From positions 682,001 to 746,000 of the forward strand of contig CBFDEM010000051.1 of assembly GCA_965603825.1 (NCBI GenBank): a stretch of DNA of 64,000 nt. The letters are read 5' to 3'. The notes below the pieces were generated by a model. It was not told where the DNA came from, searched no databases, and saw only the letters and a list, made by a program, of their open reading frames with translations. Of this stretch, positions 36,577-49,145 are shown in pieces (the first letter of the stretch is position 1; each line of letters begins with the position of its first letter). The position numbers and the translations under genes are program-made. The stretch is from Blepharisma stoltei ATCC 30299 (Eukaryota > Protista > Ciliophora).

Positions 36577-37365
36577 CTAATCATCTGTTTCTTCATTAAT
36601 TAAAGGTCAAAATAGTCTTACTAATTCTTTTGGGCTTTTTATTCGCTTGGCGTGAGCTTGAATTCCTCGACTAACCAATCTTTCTGAATATAAGGGTTTT
36701 TGAAATTCTTTAATAATTTCATTTATAGAATATTTCACTAATTCTATCGCATCAAAAAATTCATCAAGCAGTTCCGGCGATTTACTTATAATTTCATGAT
36801 TTTTATCCATATTTAAAACAGCAGTAATTTTATCTTGGGAACTGAAATCTAAGTCTTCAGTGAGCTCAGCAATTTTTTTGGGGAAATCTTCTTCTCGTTT
36901 TACTCATTTTTTTATTGTTTTTTTTATATCTTCAAGCTTTCTAGGAGTCTCTATTAAAAAATTCATTAATTCATAATAAATAGCCATTAATTTTCTGCTT
37001 TTTCTGTTAAGTTTTGGGGTATCAAATAATATATAAGGATTTTCTGAAGTAAAATTTAAATTAATTTCATTTAATTTTCCTGCACAATTTGCTGATAAAA
37101 CTACCAAAACCATCCTAAAGATTTCTTGCAAATCTAAATTAATTTCTCAATGAATTTCAGCTCCTAGTTCTCGGATTAAATTAGTAATAATTCCATCAAA
37201 ATTTGCTTTAAATTTATTGACTTTTGAAACTGGCTTTTCTAATTCTTTATATATATCATCAAGCTCTTTTATCCCTGTAAAAAGCAAAATGTTTCCATGA
37301 ATCGGGCTAGGGATTTTTGATTTGCTTTTTATTATTCCCATTTTATGAAATTTTGTATTATCCAT
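36577..37365 (-). CDS. Hypothetical protein, 262 aa (three TGA=Trp)
   Basis: Three same-frame ORFs separated only by TGA, ending in TAG at 36577. Confidence 0.7.
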
Positions 37366-37762
37366 TTATTGAAGGGAATAATAGTTATAAAAAATGACCC
37401 TTAAAATACTACTACTCTGAATGAATTATTTTTATGGTTTAATTTAACTTAAATTAGGGATTTATATTTAGTAGTACTAATAAAATAAGAAGAGGGGTGA
37501 ATATCTGTTAAAATCAAGCTTTATCAAATAAAATCAACAAGGATAAGACATAATTTAAGGCAAGTATTGACATGACAATATAATTCCCAAAGTCATTGAG
37601 CCTTGAATAAGCAAAATATGGACTTTTAATGACAACTGACGATTCAAATAATAAAAATTTAAAGGCAATATTAAATCTTTTCAATTATCAAATCGGAATA
37701 CTCTAAATAATTATTTCTGAATTTCAGAACATATAAATTTCATAATTTTCAAAATATTTAAA

Positions 37763-39835
37763 ATGGACAAATACGAGGTTATTGGAAAAATCGGAAAAGG
37801 ATCATTCGGCGAAGTATCAAAAATCATCAGAAAATCTGACCGAAAAGAGCTTGTATGAAAAGAAATCAATTATGGAGGAATGTCTGAAAAGGAAAAATCT
37901 CAGCTAGTAGCTGAGGTAAATATTTTGCGGGAGTTAAGACATCCAAATATAGTGCGATATTATGATAGAATAGTCGACAAGAAGAATGCAAAAATTTACA
38001 TTGTAATGGAATTCTGTGCTGGAGGAGACTTAGGAAGCTTAATAAAGAAAAAACAAAAATCAAGGGAAAATTTCAATGAGGATACTATATGAAAAATTAT
38101 TATGCAATTATGCTTGGCATTAATGTCATGCCATCAAAGAGAAAAAGGGAAAATTATTCATAGAGATATAAAGCCTGGAAATATATTTTTAGATGAAAAT
38201 TTTAATGTGAAATTAGGAGACTTTGGGCTTAGCAGAATAATGAACGAAGATTCGATTTATGCTTACACTCATGTAGGAACTCCGTATTATATGTCCCCAG
38301 AACAGTTTTCTGATGGGAAGTATAACGAAAAATCTGATATATGGTCAACTGGCTGCTTGCTATTTGAAATTTGTGCATTGACCCCGCCTTTTCATGCAAG
38401 AACCCAAGCTGAGTTAGCACTCAAAGTAAAAGAAGGCTTAAAAGAAAGAATTCCTAAACAGTACTCAAGCGACCTTCAGCTGCTAGTAAACGCTATGATG
38501 ACAGTCGATTACAACCGACGTCCAAGTATAGAAGAAATCTTGAGAAATCCTTTTATTTCTTTAAGAATTAAAGAAAATCAAATAAAAGAATTAAATTCAA
38601 AAATCAAAAAGGACGAAGAAAAATTAAAAGAAAGAGAAAATAAAGCAAAAAATAATAGAGAATTATTAAAAAAAAGAGAAGAAGAAATAAGGGTAAGGGA
38701 AACAAAAATGCTAGAAGAGATGAAAAATAGAGACAAAAAGGAAGAAAAAAAAGAAGAAAAAATCAGGACTTTTGATGATGTTCTTGCAGAAGGACTAGAA
38801 AGAATTAAAAAATGTGATGAAATTTTAAAGAAAAAAGAAAAAAGCAGTGAAGAAAATTTGTGTAAAGAAATTAAATTGTTTGGAAATAAGGAAGAGTGTA
38901 AGGAGGAGGAAAAATGTGGAGGAAGAGATATTAATATGAATAAGCCTGCAGCTCCTGAATATTATAGAAGAGAGTCGCCTACTTATAATATAGGGAATAG
39001 AGAAAGAAAAGATTCTCCTACTTTATTTCATAAAGAGCCTACTCCACAGCAGAAAATTACTGAGCCGAGCAGGGTTTCTCCAAACCCAAGAGAAGTTTAT
39101 AATAAGCCTGAGCCAAGTCGTGTTTCTCCAAATCCAAGAGAAGTTTATAATAAGCCTGAGCCAAGTCGTGTTTCTCCAAATCCAAGAGAAGTTTATAATA
39201 AACCTGAACCAAGCCGTATCTCCCCTCATCCACGAGAAATAACTACCAATAAGCCTGAGCCTCGAATTTCTCCTGCCCCAAGAGAAATATACAACAATAA
39301 GCCTACAACACCTGAGTACTATCGAAGAGATTCTCCAATTTACAACAACTGAACCAAAGAAAGGCGTAATTCCCCAGTTTACAACCCCAAAGATATTCAA
39401 CGAAAAGAATCCCCTAGTTATCGCCCTAAAACCCAAGAAACTAATAAAAGAGAATCCCCTACCTATAGGCCTAAAACTCAAGAAGCCGCCAAAAAAGACA
39501 ATCCAAGATCCTATGAAAAAGACAAATGGAATTCTCCATCACATAGGCCAAAAACTCAGGAAAATAATCGAAGGATTTCTCCTTCATACAAAGAAATAGA
39601 CCGCCCTAAAACGCATTATGGGGCTCATGACTATACAAGGTACAAGACAAATAATATAGAAAATCATCATGATAGGAAAAAATCTCCAGACCCTTATGAC
39701 TATAAAAAATCGCCAAAAAAAGCTTATAAATATGGGCCAAGTGAACAAGCCCAGCGGCAAGCGATGAGACCACCTCTTAGGCAGATTTCTCCATATGATC
39801 GTCCTCCTAAAACTGGCTACAACATATATAGATAA
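37763..39835 (+). CDS. NIMA-related kinase (NEK2-like) with coiled coil and SP-rich repeat tail, 690 aa
   Basis: IGKGSFG, LV-W-KEINYG, HPNIVRYYD, HRDIKPGN, DFG, GTPYYMSPE; TGA at 37856, 38090 and 39350 read as Trp. Confidence 0.93.
39062..39304 (+). repeat. Coding minisatellite, 48-bp unit (EPSRVSPNPREVYNKP) x3 plus 2 degenerate copies
   Basis: Units start at 39062, 39110, 39158, 39206 and about 39257. Confidence 0.95.
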
Positions 39836-39854
39836 TAAATTAATAAAAAACTTT

Positions 39855-41054
39855 TTAATTCGCATAATGGTTAAGCCTATATAATAGCGCGACTCCTTCA
39901 TCATTTCCAACACTCATTAACTCACTATTTGAACTAAATGCTAAAGACATCGGATATTTTATATGATCTCTAATGCCTGGCCAATTAGAAAACACAGTCT
40001 GGCTTGGCACATGCAAAAGTTTTACAGCGTCTCTTTTCCATCTGGAATACATAGCCAAAATTTCTGCATTGTGGTTAAAGGTAACACCGTCTATAGCAGT
40101 CGTTAAATTCATTACTGATTTTATAGGAGGTGGGCTTGGTAATGAAAAATCGTCATTTTTTGTGTTATAAAGATTTACTACACCATTTGTGGAGCCAGTT
40201 GCTAAATAGTCTCCACAAGTTGACATGCAGGTGATTTTAGTGGAACCTTCGTCGCAGAATCTCCTGATGCATCTTCTCATTGAAATGTCCCATAAATATA
40301 TTTCGCCTTCATCTCCACCAGTTAAAAGGGTATTTTCGTCTAAAAATGTTAATGCGTGGCCATCCTGGTTCATTTTGAACTCAAATAATAATTTATTTGA
40401 GCTAGTTGATATAAACATCACTTTTCCATTAACACCTAAAAACACCACAAATCTATTATCAGGTGAAACAGCCATTTTCCCCAGCTGTTCTTTTTCATAG
40501 CCAATTATATGGGAAATTCTATGCAGTCTTTCAGTCGGCACGTCATATTCATAAAAATAAGGCCTGGAACCTGATAGATATATAGAGGTATCACAAAAAT
40601 GAGCTGAAGAAATAGGCAAGTCCTTCATGTAAACCACAGCTTGTAAAGGATTATCAACCCCATCCACGTTAAAAATCCTCAATCTTTTGTCTTTTCCAGC
40701 TGATAAAAGGGTGGTTCCTTGGAATTCCAATGCATTTATGCAGGATTTTGAGTAATTTTGGGCATTTGCATGAGGAAGTTGGGAAATATCGAGGATGGTA
40801 GGGAGCAAGTGAGGGGTTTTGTTGGATAAAATTGGTTTGGCTGTCTTTAGAAGCTTAGAAATAGCTGAGGAATCTGAAGCTGTGGAAGACAGCCATGAAG
40901 TATGGTGCATTTGAGAATAAAGGTCTCTGAGTTTTTGTGTGTATTCTGTGCCTGTAAGCTCTTGTTGGTCTTTGGAAAGCTTCTTTAAGCGGTTTTCGCT
41001 GGTGGTATCAATGTGAATGTTTTGGTCATCTATATCTTTCCATGCAGGCTCCAT
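39855..41054 (-). CDS. UTP18: U3 snoRNP WD40 protein UTP18
   Basis: PAW.D.DD, RL.KL, VDG..NP, NLTTAI, FNH.AEILA, VKLLHVPSQTVFSNWP, LYRLNHY. Confidence 0.9.
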   Translation of the reverse strand: MEPAWKDIDDQNIHIDTTSENRLKKLSKDQQELTGTEYTQKLRDLYSQMHHTSWLSSTASDSSAISKLLKTAKPILSNKTPHLLPTILDISQLPHANAQNYSKSCINALEFQGTTLLSAGKDKRLRIFNVDGVDNPLQAVVYMKDLPISSAHFCDTSIYLSGSRPYFYEYDVPTERLHRISHIIGYEKEQLGKMAVSPDNRFVVFLGVNGKVMFISTSSNKLLFEFKMNQDGHALTFLDENTLLTGGDEGEIYLWDISMRRCIRRFCDEGSTKITCMSTCGDYLATGSTNGVVNLYNTKNDDFSLPSPPPIKSVMNLTTAIDGVTFNHNAEILAMYSRWKRDAVKLLHVPSQTVFSNWPGIRDHIKYPMSLAFSSNSELMSVGNDEGVALLYRLNHYAN

Positions 41055-41087
41055 TATGAATAAAAATTATCAATTAGCTATTTATAA

Positions 41088-42593
41088 TTAAAGCTGTTCA
41101 TCTAAATCAAATGATGGGATATATTTTTGCTTCCATGTGTCTACTTTGTTTTCTTCAGGAACTGCCATGGTAACTGAATATTTAGCGCCTTGCTTTTCTG
41201 TTGTAAAAGTCATAAATTTTCTTGAAGCACTTCCTGGTCTTGAATTTTTACTTAACACATAGTTGATTTCACTTTCTCTTAGACTTTCGTCTAAGTGATG
41301 GATTTTTAATTTTCCTCCATCAATATATAACAAATTCATTAATTCTTCCATGTATCCCCGAAGTTCTTCTTTTTCTATAAGTAATGGAGTTTTTCTTATA
41401 TTCATCCTTAATAAATCATTTAAATCTGCATAAGACACTGATACTCTATATATTGGAAATTTCGTCTTCGGCACAACCAAAATTTTTACATTTTCCTGCT
41501 CTTCTTTATCTAAAATTATGACTTTATGTCTCTCATTAAGAAAAACTCTATAAGATTGGGCTAAAACAACAATTTCTCGTGACTGTTTATCGTTTGATAG
41601 CTCAACCTGCGCTAAACTTGCATAACTCGGGACATTTAAAGGAGACCCCAATGCTTGTTTATTTGGTCTCAAGCTTTCTTGCCTCTCATTTCCAAATTCA
41701 GCTGTTCCTATGCTTTTATAGCTAGGAATATTTGATAATGCGTCCAAATCTTGTCTATTTTTAATAAAAGGCTCTTTATTTTTTGGAAAATTCATTAAAT
41801 CGTCTTCGTAATTGTTTTTGAAATTTTCGTATTTTTCAGCTAAATTTTGGGTTAAAGGGTTATTTTCACCTAAAATTTCGCGACTTGTTTCGTAAGCTTT
41901 TTGTAATAAAATTTTTGACTCTTTGATTCTGCTCATGAATTCGAGCTCTTCAGCATAAACTTTATAAGCTGTCGCTAAGAATTTGGCTACTTCTTCAGGG
42001 TTACGTTCTTCTTCCTCATCTGCTTTTTCAAGCAAAACTACAGATTCTTCAGAATACATCAAAGCTTCTTCATGCCTATTTAATTTGCTTAGTACTGAAC
42101 AGATATTAAGATAAGTCGTAGCTATTTCAAAATCTCCTAGCTCTGCTTGTTTTTCAATCTGCATAGCTTTTTCTAAAAACTCAAAAGCGGTCACTAATTT
42201 GTCTCTGCTTTTAAAATAGCACCCCAAATTATTATACGTCAAGCTTCTTAATTTTGCAACAGATTGTGAATGAAAAGAATTTTCAGGAAGCATTGAAATT
42301 TTTTTGGACAAAATCAGCCCTAATTTTTCTGCCTTAATAAACAGCTGATAAGCCAACTTGTAAGATTCCATTCGGTTTTCTTGTGAAAGCTCTACCCCAA
42401 AATTATTTAAATTTGTTATCAGTACTTTGATGGTTTCATAATCTTCTTTTGTAAACGGGATCGGATTATCCGGAGAAGACTCACTTTTTTTTCTGATGAA
42501 TTTTTTAAGGAAAATTTCAGTCCTTTTTTGTGTTTCTTCAAGTGCCCGATTCGAGTACTGTGATGATTTTTGAGAATGGCCCTGCTTATTCAT
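41088..42593 (-). CDS. TPR-repeat protein
   Basis: LTYNNLGCYF...A..FLEKAM and TYLNICSVLSKLNRHEEAL TPR motifs. Confidence 0.8.
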   Translation of the reverse strand: MNKQGHSQKSSQYSNRALEETQKRTEIFLKKFIRKKSESSPDNPIPFTKEDYETIKVLITNLNNFGVELSQENRMESYKLAYQLFIKAEKLGLILSKKISMLPENSFHSQSVAKLRSLTYNNLGCYFKSRDKLVTAFEFLEKAMQIEKQAELGDFEIATTYLNICSVLSKLNRHEEALMYSEESVVLLEKADEEEERNPEEVAKFLATAYKVYAEELEFMSRIKESKILLQKAYETSREILGENNPLTQNLAEKYENFKNNYEDDLMNFPKNKEPFIKNRQDLDALSNIPSYKSIGTAEFGNERQESLRPNKQALGSPLNVPSYASLAQVELSNDKQSREIVVLAQSYRVFLNERHKVIILDKEEQENVKILVVPKTKFPIYRVSVSYADLNDLLRMNIRKTPLLIEKEELRGYMEELMNLLYIDGGKLKIHHLDESLRESEINYVLSKNSRPGSASRKFMTFTTEKQGAKYSVTMAVPEENKVDTWKQKYIPSFDLDEQL

Positions 42594-42649
42594 TTTTAAT
42601 TTTTTAAAATGCTATTTTCCAGGATTTTTAACCAATTTAATTAAGATTA

Positions 42650-43765
42650 TTAATCTTCTTTCAGCTCAATATTTTCTACTCCTTTAGCAAGCTCTTCTTC
42701 CTCCTTTTCTTCTTCTTCTTCTTCCTCTTCTTCTTCTCCTTCACTTTTAAGGGCAATTGAGACTTCTCTTTCAAAATCAAAATCTGCTAGTCTTTTTTTG
42801 GCCTTGCTTGGGAACTCGTTTCCTTTGATTTCGACCAATTCGAGCTCAGGTCTCATTTGTAGCAATTCTACAAGTTCGTCGATGATGGCTGGGTTTTCAA
42901 GCTCGTCGTAGTTTAAGTAAAGCTGCCTTAAGTGAGGGTTGCTGCTTTTTAGAGCTGTGATAATTTTTCTAGCTCCTGCGTCGCCAAGTAAACAGTCTCC
43001 TATATTTAAGACTGAGATGTAGTTTAAGGATTCCAAACATTGAGCAAGGGCTGTGTATGCAGCTTCGTCTTTGAGGTTGTTGTCATTGATTTCTATTACT
43101 TGCATGTTAGGGTTGTTGGATAGGGCGCCAAATAAGGCGACCATGCCTGCAGCTTTAATTCCGTTTTGCGGAACACTGATTTTTCTTAAGCTTCCCATAG
43201 CAGAAAATGCTTCAGCGAGAACAGAAATTCCAGGATTCTCCAATCTATCTCTCCCTGCACTAAATACTTCAAGTTTCAAGTTTTCACATCTTCTAAGCGA
43301 CTCAGCAATTATCGCTGCACTTTCAGGTCCAAGCCCATCATTATTTACATGCAGCTCTTTCAAAGAAGCCGCTTTTTCAAGAAGCTCGCTAAAAGCTCTA
43401 ACCCCATCTGGCCCAAACGCATTATCGCTCACATCTAAGACTTCCAGACTTTTACAATTAAGTAAAGCTGTCCCCAAAGCTCTCATTGATACTGTTACCT
43501 CTTCCCTTTGTCTTCCCACAAATAAATCACTAAGATTTGCGACTTGCAGATTAACACACTGCTGAATTGCTTCACTTATAGCATTACATGCTTCTACACC
43601 ATAGGAATTCTGCGATAAAGTGATTTCAGTAACAATATCTTTATGTTCAAGAAGTTCTGTGTAGACTGATTTGATTTCTTCGTAAGAGTCAATACGCTTG
43701 CCAGTTTCGTGAACTTTGAATACACGCAAGCTTTCGTCCTCTTGATGCGAAAAGAGTCCACCCAT
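42650..43765 (-). CDS. RANGAP1: Ran GTPase-activating protein
   Basis: NSYGVEAC, LSDLFVGR, SDNAFGPDG, AGRDRLEN, PQNGI leucine-rich repeats and acidic tail. Confidence 0.9.
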   Translation of the reverse strand: MGGLFSHQEDESLRVFKVHETGKRIDSYEEIKSVYTELLEHKDIVTEITLSQNSYGVEACNAISEAIQQCVNLQVANLSDLFVGRQREEVTVSMRALGTALLNCKSLEVLDVSDNAFGPDGVRAFSELLEKAASLKELHVNNDGLGPESAAIIAESLRRCENLKLEVFSAGRDRLENPGISVLAEAFSAMGSLRKISVPQNGIKAAGMVALFGALSNNPNMQVIEINDNNLKDEAAYTALAQCLESLNYISVLNIGDCLLGDAGARKIITALKSSNPHLRQLYLNYDELENPAIIDELVELLQMRPELELVEIKGNEFPSKAKKRLADFDFEREVSIALKSEGEEEEEEEEEEKEEEELAKGVENIELKED

Positions 43766-43887
43766 TTTTATTATAAGAGAATAGGAAAATATAGGAAATC
43801 TGATATCTTTTAATTGAAAAATTAGGAAAATTTGTGGTTGAAATTAATACATTGACAATTATTAATAGAATAATCAAAAAAATTGTA

Positions 43888-45648
43888 CTAAAATAAAGGA
43901 GGTAAATCCATGTCGGATTTTACGTTTGATGGGGTTTCGCTGAATAGAAAAGTTTGTTTTTTCGAGTGCTTTGGAAGTATCAGCATAGGGAAATATTGTT
44001 CAGGAGTGTCATCAGCTTTTGGACTTCTTCGAAATGAAGAATTTAAGGCTCTTGAACTGTTGTTTAGTAGTTTATCAGCTTCAGGAGGGATTGAATTTGA
44101 TAACCAATTAAGCAGAGAAGAGACACTTCGATATAAATCTACCCTTTGTCGGTTTTTTACAGCTGCGGATTCAGCTGATTTTAGCATGGTTTTTAAAATG
44201 TTTAAATGCAGCATTATATGCATTTCTAGCTGCTTGTGTAAGTTTTCTATAGCTTGTGTAGCTAAATTTAGATCTTCCCGCCGAGCGGAAGTATCTATTA
44301 ATGATAAGATATCGGATTTATTTGCTTTGGCGCTTATCTGCTCTCTGATATCGCCTAGAGAGTTATAAATCGCCATAAAATTCTTATAGTCTTTATTGAA
44401 AATCTTATAAGTCGATTTAAAGTCATGAATTTTCTTTTCAACGATTTCTAAAGAAGTTAAATGATTTTCAGATTTTATCTCTAATTCGGCAACTCTATTT
44501 AAAACTTCTTCTTTATGATTCACAAATTCAGCTACTTTTAGAAAAGAAGGATGAATTGCTTTGATGCTATCAATATCATCTTTTGATGCTTTTTCTAATA
44601 AAAGTTCATCATATCTCTCTAAAACTAAATCAAAGGCTTTTATTTGTGATACGAAAATATTTATTTTTTCATCAAAAAAATCAAGTTTTGGGTACACATC
44701 AGCCTTAAAGCTGTCAGTAGTCTTTATATCAGTTTTTTCATTAACAAACCCCATAACAATATCAATTTCATGATTTCATGGCTTGGATTGGAAAGTTTTA
44801 TTTAATTTTGATATTTCATGCCGAAAGGCTGCTGTGATTTTTTCTTGTTTCTCTTTATGATAGTCTATCAACCCAATTGTATCTTTTATTTCTCCTCTAA
44901 CTTTTGCTACCTCTTCAAAGAAAACTTCCGCTTTTAAATAATTTTGTATTTGGTGACTGACTTTTGAGGTAATTCCTTGCTCCATCTCAAAAACCATATC
45001 TTTTGAGGCATATGCTGACATTTGGTAATTTAAAATTTCAATTTGTCGGTTTAAGCTGTTCACTTGTTCAGCTGTTGGACAAATTTTTACTTTTTCTTCT
45101 AATTCATTGAGCTCTGAGAGTGGGGCTTTGGTGCTAACTTTTTCGGCTAAACTGTTAACTTCTCTATAAGGCGCTTTTAAGGCTAAATCTTCTTTGATTT
45201 CTGCTATAATTTGATCATCATTTGCCAAGCGTTCATTTATAACCACTTTTTCGCTATTCAGCAATGCAAGATTGTCTTGCAGCTCATAAAATTTGTCAAG
45301 TGTGTGGTCTTTAAACATTGTTAAATCTTCTTTTAAATGTCTTATTTCATCTCCAGGCTCTAACAATTTACTTGCAACTTCTCGCAAAATATCAGCCTTG
45401 ATTTCTCTAGCTAGCACATTTAAATATGTAAAAGGGCTTCTCTCAAAAAGCGATTTCCTTTGTATAAGTCCTTTGAAATCTTTAATTATCGGTAAAATAT
45501 CAAGCACATTTTCCCTCATCAAAAAATGCTCTTTTCGCATTTCTTCTAAAATGTTTCTAATTTCGATTATCTTATCATTCATCGATTCTATATCATTTTC
45601 TTTATTTATTCCTGCAGTTTGGCTGTCTAGTCCTTCTTGATTCTCCAT
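43888..45648 (-). CDS. Hypothetical coiled-coil protein (TGA=Trp at 44776)
   Basis: Two same-frame ORFs separated by TGA; KA.x.D-type repeats. Confidence 0.75.
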
Positions 45649-45671
45649 TTATATGAAATTCATAAATCAAA

Positions 45672-47618
45672 ATGAATGAAAGCCAGTTAAAAAGTATCCC
45701 AACACTGGTTTTAGGAGACTTACCACCTAGAGAACGTGAACATTATTTTAAGTTTTTAGTTGAAAATGAAGTCCAATTCGTGGAAGACGAGCATGGCTAC
45801 TTTGTGGCAGTTATAAGAGTGATAAATCCCAAACGTAATGATTATTTAGTTAATTCGACAACCACAAAAAAAGCAAAAGGAGATAAACAGAGGCTATTTC
45901 AAAGCACTTTTTCTTACCAGCAAAAGGTAGTTTCTAATGAAAGCCCTAAAGAAGAGCCATCAAGCCAGAGAAGCAAAAGTGTAAAAAATAAACAGAAAAC
46001 CCCTGAGAGGAAAAGAAATATTAGCCCATTTAAGCCAGATTTTTCCCCAAATCAAATGAAAGGGATTTCTGATTTTCTTGATCAAGATATGTCACAAAGC
46101 TTTGTAGGTTTTATATAGAAAAATAATGGGGAGAGTATGGATACAAAGAGATCGGTTAATTCTAAGACTCCAGATAGGCAGAGAGAAGATCCTATGAAAG
46201 TATTCTTAAAAAATACAAAATTCCAGAATATGGTAAATTTATTAAAATTACAATCAGGAACTCATTTAAGGCCAAAAATATTATCAATTGGAAACTTAAT
46301 AAGGGCTATTGAAGAAATATATAACGCAAAATATAAGCAAGATACAGCGATTATTGAAGAAGAGCTAGTAAGGAAAGCATCAAATAAGCAGCCTGTGCCA
46401 TTTCCTGAATTTGTTGCTGATTATTTGGCTGATAAATATAAAAACCGCAGGATGATTGAACAAAACACTATAGATTTATGCCAGTCATTAGAAACTTATG
46501 AAAAAGACTACGTAGAAATCAAAACTTTTTCCAATTTTTTAACTGCGTTTTTGGATAGTGATGATTTAATTTTCTTTTTATTTGTAAGAAACTCCATACA
46601 AAAAATCTTAGGCTTGCAATTTGCACCTAAATTCCCAGGCCAAAGAGTTACAGAAGACACAAGATCAATATTTTTAAACATGAAGCAATGCATAAAAGTC
46701 ACAAATGTCGTTTTCGCTGACGAAGAATCTCTACAAAAAACTTTTATAAGCCAAGTCGACAAGGTAATGCAAAATTCTGATAACTTAGAATCTCTTATAA
46801 ACGTAGCTTCCTTTATGGAGTTATTTTTAGAAATTTATCATGAAGTCCAGCCATCCCGCCATATGATGAATTCTAACCTTTCTCCTTTCCACTCAGACGA
46901 TTCTCCAAAACACCAAGAAGATACATTTGCTGAAAGCATGATTCACCATGAAAATGAATTTGAAGGGGAAAGCGAAATACTTAAAAGCCTTGATTTCAGT
47001 AGCATGCTAAAAAGCGTGTATTCAGCTCCTAAAGATACACCTCCATTATTGTCAGAAAAAATGATGAAAAGTAGTGACTTTTTTGAAAAAAAATCAAATG
47101 AGAATTCTGAGTCAAAATTACCAGAAATGCCAGTTAGGGTTGCACAGAGACCTGTTGAGCCTGTAATAAAAATAGCTGAGCCAGTAAGAAAAGGCAGCAC
47201 TCCTCGCCAATCTCCTCAAGATGATTTAAAAAAGTCTTGCATTGATTATTCAGATTCTAAGCTGGTTGACCAATTTGTGCTACTTATCCTTAAATCTCTT
47301 ACTGATGTCCCACGGCCTGTAATAACAGAAATCCGCCCACAAGTAGTTTCATATCTGTCTGCAAAAATGACTGGCTTAATAGAAGCTCTTTTTAGCTTTG
47401 ATAAGCGAAGATGGCTAGAACTTCTGGAAACTGACAATAAAGAATCATTAAAACATGTAGAAGTTTTACAAAAACAAGTGAGGCAGCTGCAGAGAACAAT
47501 GGCTTCAGAAGAAGATATTGATAGCATATGCCGAACTATTTTGCAGACTCCTGAATTGAAAAAACTTATAGGTTCTCATATTACGAATTTATCACAACAA
47601 TATGCTAATAAGTGATAA
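45672..47618 (+). CDS. Hypothetical protein; intron 46104-46118; ends ...K-TGA-TAA
   Basis: ORFs 45672..46118 and 46137..47615 are joined in frame by a 15-nt intron. Confidence 0.72.
46104..46118 (+). other. 15-nt intron (gtaggttttatatag)
   Basis: Phase 0, A at -6, TAG end; six codons then ATG 46137. Confidence 0.78.
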
Positions 47619-47805
47619 TAATTTCTTATTATAAATAATAAAGCAATACATCATAGGATCATAATTATCAATTTGCTTTAAAATCAGACAGAGATTTTAT
47701 TGATTAGATAAGGCTAATTTGAAAATAATTAAAAAATAAATTTTAGTCATAGAGGAGATCCTGATAAAATGTAAATTTAAATTTTATAAATATAATCTTA
47801 CATTT

Positions 47806-49005
47806 TTATTTCTTGGCTATCGGGAATGGGCAATTTTCTGAGGAATTTGAGTCATGAAATGGGGTTTCAGCTGAATTTAGATCACGAAATGGAGTTTCAT
47901 CTGAAATTCGAGTATCAGATTCTTTAAAGCAAGGACTGCGATCGGCCGAAGGGCTATATACTAAATCTGAGCCTCCTTTATCACTTTCATTGAGTGTTTC
48001 TAAAGAAAGACTTATTGTGAGAGGTCTATGCATAGCATCAGCGCTCGAAGAATTCATGGACTGATTCGATGATTTTCTAGAGATATCATTATCTGTAGGC
48101 TCGTCTAAAACAATGCTGCTAGTTCTCTTATTCCTCAATAAATTCTTATAATATTGTAAATTCTCAGTTAATTCTATGATTTTTTGTTTATTTTTGTTTA
48201 TTTCTTCTCTATCACTTTGCAGCTGCTTATTTAAATTTTCTATATCTTTTCTTGCTTTGATTTTTATTTTTTTATTATTTTTCAATAGCATTTTGATATG
48301 CTCACTTAATTCCCCTATTGTGATATCTTTGTCTTTTAATGCTGTAGTTAACTCTAAATTTTCCCTCGCAAGCTTTTTAAATCTTTTGCTAAAAAGCTTA
48401 ACAGAAATCCTTTCTTGCTCTAATTGGCTAGCTAATTCAGCTTTATTTTGCAATTCTTTAGCCTGGTATTCAATTCACTCCTCATATCCTTTTTTTATAT
48501 TGACTAAAATTTTAGTTAATGGATTAGAAAACATCAATAACTCATTTCATATTTCCTGGTATACTTTAAATTTCCCATGTGAGATCGGGCTATTATTTTT
48601 GATTTTTTCTATCAGTCTGCATTCTAATGATGAAATTTCTCTGTTTTTGTCTATTGAGGATAAAGTTGAGTCTGTCGTGTCTCCTCGTTGATTAAAATAA
48701 AGATCTGGAGTAATAGTGCTTGTATTTAAGGAATGGTTAGAATTGCTGAGTTTAGATAAAGTGAAACTTTTACTGAACTCTGAATTAATTTTTTTATGGA
48801 TTTTTGGATGGTTTTTCTTTATTAAAAGCGGAGCTTCATAAGGAGAAGTTGTAGAGAGCACGTTTTTCTTATGTTTTGGGAGGGTAATAGCTGATGGACT
48901 GATATGAAAATTAAATGGAGAGTGATTTCGGTGTAAAACTGGATTCTCTGGAGAAGTTTGTGGGCTGATTTTCAGACTTTGTGAAAAGGTTTTATAAATA
49001 GACAT
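47806..49005 (-). CDS. Hypothetical coiled-coil protein (TGA=Trp at 48547)
   Basis: Two same-frame ORFs separated by TGA. Confidence 0.72.
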
Positions 49006-49145
49006 TATTAATCACGGATTCAAAAATATAATTAATAATCTAATAAACCTCGGTATTTCAACAAAATTTTTTTCATTCAAAATTTATCCTAAATAACTGT
49101 GAGAAGATAATTAAAAAGTTCAATCGATTATTTTCACCAATTTTT

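Noticed and set aside
39062-39304. CRISPR-like array
   Set aside because: Head-to-tail 48-bp units with no spacers, in frame within a kinase CDS; no cas genes.
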